DNA of 64,000 bases. Origin: Mobula hypostoma (Eukaryota). The translations under genes and the position numbers were made by a program. Each line of letters starts with the position of its first letter. The first letter of the stretch is position 1. Under the pieces are notes generated by a model. It saw only the letters and a list, made by a program, of their open reading frames with translations. It was not told where the DNA came from and did not search any database. Positions 1 to 13,480 of the stretch are shown here, piece by piece. Where the stretch lies: contig NC_086097.1 of assembly GCF_963921235.1 (NCBI RefSeq), positions 103,046,001 through 103,110,000 on the forward strand, in the 5' to 3' direction.

Positions 1-1895
1 GGGCACTAGGATGATGGTGTTCTCTTGGGAAAGCAACAGTATCAGTGGTACCACAACTGGCTCTGTTGTACAGCAGAGAGGGTCAAAGTCTTGGTAAGCA
101 GTAAGTCAGGGCCGAGATAACATTTCTGTGGTTGTGAGTGAGATTCGATCTTGTGTTGTTTTCCTCGTGTCAGGGTCACATTGTTCACATGGATGCTGTC
201 AGTTTTTTTGACAAGACCCCGCATGGCAGGCAAGTCTAGAAGATTAGATCACATGGGGTCCTGGGTGAGCGACCAACTGGATACAAAATTGGCTTGGTGG
301 TAGAGGGCAGAAGGTGGTTGTAGAGGGTTGCTTATCAGTGGAAGCCTATCATCAGGGATCAGTGCTCGGTCCTCTGTTTATTGTATAATTTTTATTAATT
401 TGGATGAGAAAGTGTGTGGCACCATCAGTAATTTTTCAGATAACACCAAAATTGATGGTACAGAGAACAGTGAAGAAGGTTGTCCAAGTGTACAAAAGGA
501 TATTGATCAAGTTGGGAATTGGCTAAAGGAATAGCAGATGGAATTTAACTCTGACAAGTGTGAAGTGATGCATTTTCAGTAAGTTAAACCAGAGGCGAAT
601 GTGCACAATGAATGGCAGAAGCTGGGGAGTGTTGTTGAGTAGAGACCAAGAAGTACAGGTACATAGTTCCCAATGTAGCCCCCTGGTAAGCCTCAGGCTC
701 GCTCAGCTCATTTTCGTCTAGGGGAAATAGTCTTTGGCCCCGCCAAACTGGGTAATCAAGTTTGTGTAGATGCTGTGTGATGTACCCCACCCCGCCAAAT
801 AACAGACAGTACATCATATGCGATTTGCAGAATACAATTTATAGATCTTACTGGAACTATGTAATTAATAGAAATACAATATAAAAGGAAAGTAAAAGGC
901 GCCAAACTTATCAGATTTCAACCACTTCGTGCACAACCGTTGGAGCTCAATGAACGGGGTCTTCTTTCCACCATTCGATCCCTTTCGACCTCCTCAACCT
1001 GCCACCTGGGACCAACCACGATGGTGGACCAGAGGCTCCACACGAGTCTGTCCTCATCTCCTCTCCTTGCCGAAGACCCTGGGCCTCGGACTCCCGCTCG
1101 GGGTCCGTTCTGTCGCCCAGCTTACAGCATCGAGTCTCCTCTCTTTGTCCCCATCGCGCCTTCTGCCTCAAAGTCTGCGAAAACAATAGCTTACAGACAT
1201 GCAAGAAAGAATAACATCTATCCCAATTGGTTAGCAAATGAATACAATTCTCATTATCAGTAATTATAACCCAAAACAAGCTGCTATAGAGAACCACTGT
1301 CTCAGCAGTTAACAGTACAGAGAAGCCATTTTATTTTAACGTAATAAAGAAGCCATTTTATTCACCTTAGCAGTAACATAAAAGAAGAAACCCCTTACAC
1401 CAAAAAGTAGCAACATGGATATACAGTATACTGAAGAGGGTGTATGGCATGTTCACCTTCATTGGCTGGGGCATTGAGTAAAAGAACTGGGACTTCATAT
1501 TACAGGTTATGATGTACAAAACCTTGGTTATGCTTCACCTGGAGTATTGTGTGCAACTCTGCTGATTAAGCTAGAGAGGATACATGAAAGATTCACAGGA
1601 TGTTTATTTAGATGGGAAGAATTAATTATAAGGAAAGATTGATTAGGCTTGGTCTGTTTTCTCTGGAGCAAAGGAGGCTGAGAACTGACTTGATAGAGAA
1701 GTATAAAATTATGTGAGGCATAATTATGATAGGATAGATGGCCAAAGTCTGATTCTTATTGTAGTGGTGCCTAAAACTAGAGGACATGATTTTAAGGTGA
1801 GAGGGAAGAGGTTTAAAGGGCAACTGAGAGGTAAAATTTTGCACACAGTATTTGGTTTCAGGAATAAGCTGTTAGTGGACGTGATAGAGGAAATG
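1..1895 (+). mobile_element. Decayed CR1 LINE fragments, interrupted by a solo LTR at 674-1399
   Basis: Degenerate CR1 RT motifs (ISNFSDNTKIDG, resembling ISKFADDTK; KTRGHDFKVRGKRF) on both sides of the LTR. Confidence 0.8.
674..1399 (-). mobile_element. Solo LTR (Gypsy-type)
   Basis: TGTA...TACA termini and exact 4-bp TSD CCAA (670-673 and 1400-1403). The reverse complement resembles the LTR at 1932-2489; it is homologous to 59084-59662. Confidence 0.9.
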
Positions 1896-1931
1896 AATTA
1901 ACTTGCATCCTTCATATACATGAGTACGTTA

Positions 1932-4900
1932 TGTAACATGCTGTAGTGTTTCACTGCTGTGTAACATGCTGTAAGGTTTCACTGATAATGTAATGGTTTC
2001 TCTAGCAGAAATGTTTGGGTTATGACTAGAGATAATGGGGTTTAGAATGCTGTTGTTCTCTCTTGAGTCTGGAAGAGAGATTTTCGCAGTCTTTTGCCAG
2101 GGAGAGATGAGGAGAGAAGAGCGAATGGAGAGAGTTAGTAGACCGCCAGACGGGGTGGACTTGGAGCAAGGGTCCGAAGGGCAGCGACGATCGGAGGAGG
2201 TCAATGGTGGACAACCGGCTTATCAGTGAGCTCCAACATTACACAATAGACTGTCTCATAAGAATGGGCCCTTTTTCTCTTTTTCATTTTCTTTACTAAC
2301 CATATAGTCACAGTAAGAATTATAAAGCTTAATCGTTTAATTGTATATTGTGTACTGTTTGTTATTTCAAGGTACTGATTTGTAACAGGGGACACCGCGC
2401 AGCATCCACCCAAACGAGATTTCTTCAGTTTGACTGGGCCGGGAGCTATCACCCCCTATATTAAGCCGCTAGCTGAAGCGAGAGTTACAATTGTGGGGGC
2501 TACGTTCGGGATTGATTCCGTTGAATGCTGTGTGATTACTCTGAGCAATGAACCAGTGGAGCAGATATTTGTACTCCGGATGAATTGTTAATTCGCCTGT
2601 TAAGTACTGTTGAAGTTGCGATTGTGGGTGGATGTTTGATAAAATGGCTGGTGCAGCTCTCATTTTAATGCAGACCAGCACTGACATAGCTGGGGGTGGA
2701 GATTTCGAAGACGGGGTTCTCTTGTTTTTGAGTAGTGAGGGGAGTGGTTGGATTTGGAATGTCTAATTTGTCCATGTCCCGCAGTGAAGAGTGAGAATTC
2801 TGAGTTAGTGAATCAATAGAAAAATCAAATTCAAAGTCCCAGCTATGGCAGGCTCCGCCTATTCTCTGGAATAATGCCCACCCCTAAAGGGGGGGGGAGT
2901 AGTATGAGACTTGGGTGGAGGGGACCTCTCAGTTAGATGAGTGGCAGTGCTGTGATGATGAAAAGTGACAGAGATTGGTTGAAAGTTTGAATGGGCAGGC
3001 CGCTGATGTTGTGAGAGCTGTTAGGTTGAAATATTCAGTAGCGACAGCTGTCAATTACATACAAGCACTGGGCAATGCTTTTGGTCCGACTGGAAGTCCA
3101 ATGGAGCTCATGGTGGGGTTTCAGAACATGTGTCAGGAGAAGAGGGGAAGCTTTCTGCTTTTATTTTTTGGCTAGAGAGGCAGCTAAATTGCTTGCGGCG
3201 CAGAGGGGTCATTCAGGTGGCTGAGGTGGATCAGTTAAGAATGGACCAGATAGTCAGGGGTGCCCAATCCCAAGACCTGATTGCTTGGAGTCTCCGACAG
3301 TCTTGTAAGACGTGCCCCCCTCCACCTTTTGTTGAGCTGATCAGAGAGGTGCAGGAAGAGGAGAACGCAGTAGAGGCGTGGAAGGCATCAGTCAGCAGGG
3401 TACAGTCCTCGGTAGTAGTCCCCTGTGGTGAAGTGACCACTGATTGCCTACCCCGGGGAGTGGTAGAGGAGATTATGGCAGCATTGAGAACGGAGATATA
3501 TCGGCTGTTATCAGTGGCTGTGACCCCACCTCCCCTATATGATGGAGCTGATGGGGGGAGTGGACTCCCCAAGTGGACGGACAATGCAGAGGGCTGCTGG
3601 CAGCAGGTGTCACACCAGAGGGAGAGTGAGCCCCCGAGTGCCTAAGCAGGGAGAGTTGTTGGGAAAACCTAGAGGAGACCCAGTGAGGGAACGGCTTGGT
3701 GTGTCTGGGGGAACGCATTCCCAGCAATGTACCAAGGAACCCCCAAAAGCGAAAGGCCCAATTCCTGAAGGCTTAGTGGGTCCATGCTCCAGTGTGTCAC
3801 TACGAATAGAGGGTATTTATGCTAAAACCATATTTGACACTGGGTCGCAGGTCACGTACCGTTTGTTTTACAACCGGTATCTGAAGCATTTACCATTGAC
3901 ACCATTCAGGGCACTGAAGATCTGGGGGCTGAGAGCTAGTGATTAGCCATACGATGGTTATTCGTCAGTGAATTTGGAGTTTTTGGGGGCCGATGTGGGA
4001 GACTGTTCCTGTCCGGGGAGTGAAGGCCCTGTGTCAGTTTGCCATCACCGTGAAAGCTGAGGAAAAGGAGGGGCAGGAGTGAGCGGTGGATCAATTGGCT
4101 TCTGATGACGCCATCCCCCAAGTTTAATGTAACCTGACTGCTCTGAAGGCAAATCAGCTGCTGGAATTGAGTTCTGGGGAAGTGACTGCGCTCAGCGAGA
4201 TGATCCGGGCATTGGTACCATTTGGGTGGCGGTCGAAAAGGGAGACATGGCTCAGGCGGAGAGGATGAAACACGTGTCGGTGCCTCCATTCCTATGAGAA
4301 TGGCCTCTGTTGTAGTTGAAGAACCAGATCTTATACCGGGTCACATCACTCCCAGACCAACCCTGGCATTACCAGCTGGTTCTGCCCGAGAAGAAGTATT
4401 GGAGGATGGCGTTGAAATCACTTCATGATGATTCTGGACATTTGGGGGTGGAAGAGGCCTATGGATTGCTCAGAGACCAGTTTTACTGGCCCTGAATGAA
4501 GTCAGAGGTCGAAGAATACTGCAAGTCGTGCCTTCGGTGCATACAGAGGAAGATGCTGCCTATGAGGGCAGCTCCATTGTCCCACTTGCAGAGTGCAGGG
4601 CCTCTGAATCTGGTGTATATAGATTTCTTGTCAATAGAACCCAATGCCAGCAACACGGTGAATGTCTTGGTCATCATAGACCACTACACCAGATATGCTC
4701 AGGCTTTTCCTACCAAGGACCAGAGGGCGTCTACGGTGGCAAAAGTGTTATGGGAGAAGTTGTTTATTTATTATGGCCTTCCCAGGTGAATACATAGTGA
4801 TCAGGGACGGGATTTCGAGAGCAGACTCATCCGTGAGTTACTGGGCATGCTTGGAGTCGAGAAGTCAAGGACCACGCCCTATCACCCACAGGGTGATCTC

Positions 4901-5512
4901 CAGCTAGAGAAGCTTAATCGGACCTTGCTAGATATGCTTGGGACCCTGGAGATCAGCAAGAAGAGCAGGTGGAGTCAACATATTGAGCATCTGCTTCGCG
5001 GTTATAATTTTTCACGAAATAAAGCTACTGGGTACTCGCCATATTATCTGATTTTTGGGCACGAGGCAAGGTTACTCATTGACCTTTGTTTTGGGACTGA
5101 CGAGGGTGACTGACCACCAAAGACTTATCTGAAGTATGTGTCTGACATGAGAAGAGAGTTGAAAAGGGCTTACGAATTAGCTGGTGTTGTGGCTGCCAAG
5201 CAGAATCAAGGGAATAAGAGGAGGTATGATCAAGAGGTGAGGTTACCCAACTCCTTCCGGGAGACAGAGTCCTCATAAGGAATCTGGGGCTACCTGGAAA
5301 GCTGAAGTTGGCTGACTGCTGGGCGGCTACGCCCTATGTGGTGGAGAGTCAGATGCCAAACCTACCAGTTTTCCGGGTGAAATAGAGAATGGGAATGGGC
5401 CTGTCAAGATTCTCCATCGGAACCACCTGTTGCCCCTGGGATTTTCTTAAGTTTGGCTGGGCCGGGAGCTATCACCCCCTATACTAAGCTGCTAGCTGAA
5501 GTGAGAGTTGCG
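1932..5512 (+). mobile_element. Internally deleted Ty3/Gypsy LTR retrotransposon
   Basis: 5' LTR 1932-2489 (TGTAAC...GTTACA), then PBS, PNMA-like gag (about 2700-3650), protease FDTGSQV (about 3835), and integrase with HHCC finger (HDDSGH...CKSCLRC) and catalytic core (about 4420-5100). 3' LTR remnant 5441-5512; TSD GTTA (1928-1931 and 5513-5516). No RT/RNase H seen. Confidence 0.92.
2494..2512 (+). promoter_or_regulatory. Primer-binding site, tRNA-Pro-like
   Basis: TGGGGGCTACGTTCGGGAT just after the LTR end, close to the tRNA-Pro PBS TGGGGGCTCGTCCGGGAT. Confidence 0.75.
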
Positions 5513-5516
5513 GTTA

Positions 5517-6160
5517 CATCTCTATCTAAATGTGCAATTTATGGTAATTTATTATAAAGACTGTATACAACAGGATAGTCAATATAACATAGAAATACAG
5601 TAGTGTCAGCATGAACTAAGCAGTCTGATAGCCTGGTAGAAGAAGCTGTCTCGGAGCTGGTTGGTCCTGGCTTTCATACTGCGGTACCGTCTCTTGGATG
5701 GTAGCAGCTGGAACAGTTTGTGGTTGGGCTGACTCAGGTCCCCAGTGATCCTTCAGGTCCTTTTTACACATCTGTCCTTGTAAGTGTCCTGAATAGCGGG
5801 AAGATCACATCTACAGATGTGCTGGGCTGTCCGCACCACTCTCTGCAGAGTCCTGTGATTGAGGGAAGTTCTCAAACCAGGCAGTGATGCAGCCAGTCAG
5901 AATGCTCTCAATTTTCCCCCTATAGAAAGTTCTTAGGATTTGGGGGCCCATACTAAACTTTTTCAACCATCTGAGGTGAAAGAGACGCTGCTGTGCCTTT
6001 TTCACCACACAGCCGGTATGTACAGACCACGTGAGATTCTCAGTGATGTTTGTGCTGAGGAACTTAAAGCTGTTCACCCTCTCAACCGCAGATCCACTGA
6101 TGTCAGCCTGTCTCCATTCCTCAGTACTCCACAACCAGCTCCTTTGTTTTTGCAACATTG
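5517..6160 (-). mobile_element. Rex1/Babar-like LINE 3' fragment (tail continues at about 1900-1931)
   Basis: ORF 5811..6158: VERVNSFKFL...KKAQQRLFHLR...IESILTGCITAW. This element hosts the Gypsy insertion. Confidence 0.85.
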
Positions 6161-6758
6161 TGGGAGAGGTTTTTTAGCAACATCTAAGAGGTATCTGGAT
6201 AGGTACTTGAATGAATAGAGGTGTAGAGAGATATGGAATTAATGCAGGCAAGTGTGATTAGTATAGATGGGCATGGTGATTGGAATCGAAGAAGTGGGCC
6301 TATGTTCTTATGCTCTTGTGTTTTATGTTGTACAACTCAGGTGCTCCGATTCTAAGATGAAACTTGGGATCGCAGAAGGAGAGCAAGATATTTCCTCCAT
6401 GAGATTCTTTTTTGGATATGGTTCAGTCTTGTCCTGTAAAATATGCTGGCTTATATTTTGGGTTTTCCTGCTTTTATTTAAATTCACAATGAGATGTGGT
6501 GTGACTTAAGTACATTGGTTAGATCCATTGATTGTGAAATTACTTAGCAGATTAACCAAATTGATATTTCAATTTTTAGTTCTGCCTTATACTGTCATAG
6601 TGTGCCCTTTGAACCTTCCATTAAACTATGGCTGATCAATATTCTTGGCTATGAGGGTATAGAATGCAGTATTTTACTCCTCGGCTGCAGTTGGTGGTCC
6701 ACAGCTTTTCCTGGATGTCCAGTATTGAGCTGGCAGTTGATTTTGCAGCCTATTCCAT

Positions 6759-7450
6759 TTAGATTAGATTAGATTAGATTTAGATTATGAGGACACTCAG
6801 TCCTTGTTAATTGTCATTTAGAAATGCATGCATTAAAAAATGATACAATGTTCCTTCAGAGTGATATCACAAAAAAACACAGGACAAGCCAAGGCTAAAA
6901 CTTACAAAACCACACAATGATAACATATAGTTACAACAGTGCAAGCAATACCATAATTTGATAAAGAGCAGACCATGGACATGGTAAAAAAAAAGTCTCA
7001 AAGTCTCGATAGCCTCATCCTCTCACGCAGGTGGCAGAAGGGAGAAACTCTCCCTGCCATGAACCTCCAAGCGCTGCAAACTTGCCGATGCAGCACCATT
7101 GGAAGCACCCGACCGCAGCAGACTCTGAGTCAGTTCGAAAACTTCGAGCCTCCGACCAGCCCCTCTGACACAGCCTCTCCGAGCACCATCCTCTGCCGAG
7201 CGCTTCGACCCTGCCCTGGCCGCCGAGCAACGAGCAAAGCTGAGGACTCGGGGCCTTCCCCTCCAGAGATTCTGGACCACACAGTAGCAGCAGCAGCGAA
7301 GCAGGCATTTCAGAAGTTTCACCAGATGTTCCTCCGTGCTCTCACTTCTGTCTCCATCAAATCAGGATTGTGCACGGCATCCTACTTGACAAATAACAGA
7401 CATCACCACTGGAGTGGCCGCTGTGAGCTGCGTTGCGCCGCCATCTTCAC
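6759..7450 (-). mobile_element. Non-autonomous retroposed element with (CTAAT)n tail
   Basis: (TTAGA)n array at 6759-6787. GC-rich body; the minus-strand 5' end reads GAAGATGGCGGCGC. Confidence 0.6.
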
Positions 7451-8516
7451 CTCCCTCCTATTTGGCACAATGGTGGAATGTGTCCTTAAAGTCTTATTTT
7501 CATAATGATTGTAGTATACTCCTTTCAATACTGAAATGGACAGACCCATCTGTAAAGGTTAATTATGAGGTTGAAGCCAAGTGTTCGTGTTTAATCACTA
7601 GTTGTTGCACATCTTTGTATTACAAAGCCACTCTTAGCTGTGGCCATGGAAGTATCCCATCCAGAGTGTTCAGTATGTTGTAAGCTCTTTTTATTTAAAA
7701 AAAAGTATAATTCAATTTCAATTGAATTCACTAGCTTACGGATAACAAGTTATTAGGTGCAGTTCTGTACTCTTATAAATCTCTGCTTGTCACCTCTTTT
7801 TAGGTGGCATTGAGGAATCCTCTACAAAATAACCTGGGCCTCGTGTGCCTTGGTGATCAAATCCAAGGCTTAAAATCTAATATTTAATATATATTCAATG
7901 GTTGTGCTTTTGTATAACTTTTCAGCTTGCACTGCTTTTGGAAAATGTTCCTGGTGCGCTAAAATCACAAAAATGCAATGTAAGGAAAAATGATTTTCTG
8001 TTTACAAAAGACATTAAATTAAGGGTTTTTAGGACGACCTGGTTGCTTTGTGGTCACCATCATGATACTAACATTTAAGATTGAATGCTTCTCCACTGTA
8101 TTTGTGAGGGCCAGTGCTATCATGACTTTGAACAAAAATGCTTGAGCTTCTACAGACCTGAAAGATCTTGGCAGTAGGTTTTGAAGGAGAGTAGAATTAT
8201 TTTAAGAAAGAACTTATTCTTCAACCAAATGACACCAAGTGATTTATCCGGTATAATCAGGCAAGATATTTGTGGGAACTTGTGTGCAGCTTGGTTGTTG
8301 TATTTGTACATTACAGTAGAGACAATATGTAAAGTACTTCATTCACTGGAAATTTCATTGGGCCTGTAAGTCCGAAAATACAAGGCTATCTTTTCTATTT
8401 TTCAATTGTTTACTGGAAAATTGATACACAAATATGAACCATGTTTTTAAATTCTAAAATACTAATGGTTATGCCAATTGTAAATATGTTTACACTAAAT
8501 GTCATTTACTTTGTAA

Positions 8517-8723
<207 letters not shown>

Positions 8724-9088
8724 TGATGTAATATTAATTCAGACTGTTATATTTCATTAGGCTAGTTTTTGTGTTTGAATAATCTACTCAATTGTGACTT
8801 GCTGATAGCTTGCAACTGCAGTGGTTGCCACTCGATGTTCACTGACAGGCCTGATGAATTCTCCATCTCCGTTGGGAATCTTTGCCTCCTTCATGCACCA
8901 ATGATTGATTAGCTGGTGACTTAATGTAACAGGGCTCTGTACACAGTATAGGTGACATGTAAGTGCCCTTGGGCACCTAATTGGCTCCCAATTTTTTTGG
9001 CCTGGGAGGTGGCTTCATACTCGAGATTTCTCATCCTAAATCCAAATGACTTAGTCACCACTGATCCCAGGCATCTTAATATTCTGGA

Positions 9089-9306
9089 CACAGGCAAGAG
9101 AAAATCTGTGGATGCTGGAAATCCAAGCAACACACACAAAATGCTAGAGGAATTCATCAGGCCAGGCAGCATCTAAGGGGAAAAAGTACAGCTAACCAAT
9201 CAGAACGGACGTCCTACTGAACAGACTTGGCCCGAAGCAGCGACTATACTTTTTTCCATAAATGCTGCCTGGCCTTCTGAGTTCCTTCAGCATTTTATCC
9301 GTGTTG
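9089..9306. mobile_element. Fold-back Penelope-derived element with decayed hammerhead motif
   Basis: Inverted arms and 14-bp TSD CTTAATATTCTGGA (9075-9088 and 9307-9320). Confidence 0.8.
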
Positions 9307-9329
9307 CTTAATATTCTGGATGTGTTTAC

Positions 9330-10760
9330 CATGTTAAATGCCTTCCAAATCCATGTAGACAACATCTACTGCTTCACCTTTGTCACCTCCTTAAAAAATA
9401 CACTTGTTGGTGCGACAAGACCTGCCCTGCACAAAGCGATACTGACTGTTCCTGAGTAGATCAAGCTTTATAAAATGCTCAAATACTATCACCAAGAATC
9501 CTGTCCAATAGCTTACCTACAATTTGAGACTTGCTGGTTGATAATTTCCAGGATTATCCCAATTTCCAATTACGAACAAAGAAACATTAGCTACTCGCTC
9601 ATCCTGTAGCATCTCACCTGTGACTAGAGAGGATGCAAAGATTTTGGTCAATGCTTCAGCAATCTTATTTCACTAACCTTGATATATCCCATCAAGCTGT
9701 AGGGACATGTTCAAGCTTAATGTTCTTCCAGAGACCCAACACCATCACTTTGTTTATTTCAAATGTTTTAGCATATTAGCACGCTGCACATTGATCTTGC
9801 TCTCCTCCACGTGGAGAATACTGATGCAAAATGCTTATTTAGAACCTTCCCCATATTGTCTGCCTTCAAGCATATATTCCCCCCTATTCTGTGGTCCTTT
9901 TCTTTCTCTAGTTATCGTTTTGTTCGTGATGTGTGTGTATAGATTCCCCTGGGGTTCTCTTTAAACCTCTTGCCAAGGGCTTTTTATAGTCCCTGCTGGC
10001 TCTTCTAATCCATAACTTGACTTTATTCTGACGACTTTAATATCCACAAGGGTCATGTTCAATTTTGGCTTCCCAAACCTTATACATGCTTCCTTTTCCT
10101 TCTTGACTAATTTCACAACCTTTCTCATGGTTCCTTGCCATCCTTTTTCTTCCTTAATGGAACATAACTGTCCTGAAATCTGTGCATTTGGTTTTTAAAC
10201 ACTCTCCACATGTTGGTTGTAGATTTTTCCCCAAAACAGCTGTATCCAATTAACCCTTCTCTGCACCAACCTGATGCACTCAGAATTTGCCCTCCCCAAT
10301 TTAATATTTTCCTGCAGATCCATATTTATTCACAGTTATTTTAAAACTTGAGGAGTTATGATCCTTGTTTTTTAAATGTTCCCCCTCTGAAAGGTCAGTC
10401 AGCAGGCCAGGCTCATTTCCCTATACCAAGTCTAGAATGGTCCCTCCTCTAGTCCACATTCTGTTTTAAGAAACTCTTGGGTTGACCTCACAAACTTGAC
10501 TGTTTAACCTTCATGCATTAAGGAGGTCCCAGTATATATTGGGGAAATTAAAGTCACCCACAACAACACCCTGTTGTTTTTGCTCCTTTTCCCTTATCTA
10601 ATTGCATATCTGTTCCTCAATATCCTGGTGACTGTTGAGGACTGTGTAGCATAATTGCAATTTTATTTTTGAGTTTTATACGTATAGACTCAGTGGATGA
10701 GTTTCCATTATGTCCCCCCTGAGAGCAGCTGTGATATTGTCTCTGATTTAGTTTAACATC
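9330..10760 (-). mobile_element. Old CR1 LINE remnant
   Basis: Collinear similarity to the ORF2 region of the CR1 at 33175-37370 (for example aaagtcaccca and gggttctctttaa segments). Confidence 0.6.
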
Positions 10761-11029
10761 TCCCCCCATCTGTTTTTGCTATTTTGAATATTTTGTTTAA
10801 TACCTTGGTAAAATTTACGCTGAATTGTATCTTGAATATGTGAGGGGTAAACATTGGTAAAGCTCTGTCTCGCAGCTTTGGATCAGTTATATTTGCTTAA
10901 GGATGTTAAATCTTTTGTGCATAACCGGGCTGTATTCTGCACAGTACCTTTATCTTATGATGTTTTACAAATCTGTGAATGATAATACGTAGCATATCCA
11001 AAGGGCAATGTTAATGAGTAGAACTCAAT

Positions 11030-12100
11030 CTTCAAACTAAGTTTATTATCAAAGTACCTATATGTCACCATATGCAACCTTGAGACTGAATTTCTTGTGG
11101 GTATTTACAGGAGATGCAAAGAAACACAACAGAATCTGTGAAAAGCACACCCAGCAGGATGGACAAATAACCAATGTGCAAAAGATGACAAATTGTGCAA
11201 ATACAAAAATAAATCAATAATAGTAACAGATAACTAAACAAACTAAACAATAAATATCGAGAATGTGAGTTGTAGAGTCCTTAAAGAGTGAGTCTGTAGA
11301 TTGTGGAATCAGTTCAGTGTTGGGGTGAATTAAGTTATCCCCAGTGGTTGAAGAGCCTTGTGCTTGAAGGGTAATAACTATTCCCGAAACTGGTGGTGTG
11401 GTTCTTGAGGCTCTTGTACCTCCTTCCTGATGGCAGCAACGAGAAAAGAGCATGGTCTGGATTGTGTGATGCTTTCCTGCAACAGCACTCCTTGTAAATG
11501 TGCACAATAGTGGGAAGGGCTTTGCCTGCGATGGACTGGGTTATATCTATCACTCTTTAAATGCTTTTCCAATCAAGGGTATTCATGTTCCCGTACCAGG
11601 TTGTGATGAAACCAGTCAGTATGCTCTCCACCACGTTTATTGAAGTTGGTCAAAGTTTTAGTTGACATGCCTACTCTTCGCAAACTTTTAAGTTAGAGGT
11701 GCTGCTGTGCATTCTTTGTAATTTCAGTTATGTGCTGGACCTGAGAGAGATCCTCTGAAATGATAATGCTGTGGCATTTAAAGTTGCTGACTCTATCCTA
11801 CTCTGAACCCTTGATGAGCTTAGCTCATGGACTCTGGTTTCCTCCTCCTGTGGTCAATAGTCATCTCTTTGGTTTTGCTAACTTTGAGTGAGATGTTGTT
11901 GTCATGACACTCTGAACCAGATTTTCATTCTCCCTCCTTAATGTTGATTTGGCCACAACAGTCGTGTCGTTAGCATATGGCATTGGAGTTGTACTTGGCC
12001 TCACAGTCATAAGTGTAAAGTGAGTAGAGCAGAGGGCTAAGCACACAGCCTTGTGGTGCACCCGTGCTGATGGTGATTGTGGAGGAGATGTTGCCTATTC
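11030..12100 (-). mobile_element. Rex1-like LINE 3' fragment
   Basis: HALFSLLPSGRRYKSL and YANDTTVV (FADD-like) motifs, plus the family 3'UTR. Confidence 0.8.
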
Positions 12101-12224
12101 AGACATATTTGTAATTGTGATTGATCAAAGCTATTGTGATTTGTTTAAGTTATAGACACTGGTTCACAGTAGAGAAGAGTGAAAAATTGTTTTCTGGTTG
12201 TGTCTACAGTTAAAGATTTTTTAA

Positions 12225-13480
12225 TGGGAGGTTTCAGAGGGATAAATTTAGTCAGGTAGGGAATGATATCGCTAAAGAATGTGGAGTGTTTGATCTAAGG
12301 ATAAGTAGTTTATCAGATTGTAGCTTCATGGAAGCTTGTATGGCCTGACATAGACTGGCATTTATTATAGGTAAAAAGTAAAGGATAGGAAAATATAAAA
12401 CTGATTTGGTAAGTGCATTTAACTGTTATGTGATGTCATATAACTAAATATAGTGATTATACTCAGATGGTGCTAAGGAACCCTGAAACAGGGTTTGGGG
12501 TGGCTATACCAGCAAAAGAAATTGGAATCAGCGGAAGAACATCTAATAAATTAGGGGTGTACACAGTGGAGATGCTGGCAGTGTTGGTTGCATTGCAGTG
12601 GGTGGAGAAAGCTAGACAAGTAAAAGTGTTGATATGCTCAGGTTCATCCTCAGTTCTAGCAAGTTTAAGGTCTTTTCACTCAAACAGTCGGCAAGATGTA
12701 CTTTATGAAATCCTTCAATCAGTCACAAGAATTGCAAATCAGGGAGGTCAGGTAAAATTTTTATGGGTTCCAGCACATGTAGGGGTGAAGGGGAATGAGA
12801 GGGTGGATGAGTTGGCAAAGAGGACGTTAAAGAAAGAAAATATAGAAATGCACATTAGTATCAGTAAAGCAGAGGTTAAGTGTGTAATCTGGGGAAAAAA
12901 TCAACCAAATGTGGCAAGAAAGATGGGACAGGGAGGGGAAAGGGAGGCATTTTTATCAAATACAAAAAAGTGTTGTAGGTACTAGAGTAGGTAGTGGATA
13001 CAGAAGAGAGGAGACTGTGTGGACCAGGTTAAGGCTGGGGCACTATACGTTAAACAAAACATTGAAGATGATAGGGAAGCACCAGGATTGTGTGAGGAAT
13101 GTCAGGAAGAGGAGTCAGTAGAACATGTAGTTCTGAGTTGCAGGAAGTATGGGATACAGAGAGAGTTGATGATAATCAGTCTAAGGGAATTGGGGGTGCA
13201 GGAATTCACATTAAAGGGTTGCTGGGCATGGGTGAGAGAGCACAGGTCAGGGTATTTTTAGCTTTCTTAAGGAGTACAGGGTTTTTTTATAGGATATGAT
13301 GAATAAGCAGGAAGAGGGTACTAGGATGGCCAAAGATGGGAGGATAAAGTGTAGGTTAGGGTATGTGTGTGTGTGTGATTGGATGAAGGAATTTGGAATG
13401 TAAGTCCATTGCACACTTAAGAGCAAAAGGTGGTGATAATGCACCATTAAGCTGGGTGCCAACAGCCGTAAAACAAGAAG
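12225..13480 (+). mobile_element. 5'-truncated I-group (Nimb-like) LINE with RNase H
   Basis: RNase H (EMLAV...WVPAHVGVKGNERVDELAK, ORF 12467..12985), CCHC finger CEECQEEESVEHVVLSC, and AAG tail. 13-bp TSD AAAGATTTTTTAA (12212-12224 and 13481-13493). Confidence 0.9.

Noticed and set aside
6759..6787. Telomere-like repeat
   Set aside because: The unit is TTAGA, not TTAGGG; it is a retroelement tail.
6975..7505. 176-aa ORF
   Set aside because: Antisense frame of a GC-rich repeat, with no recognisable motif.
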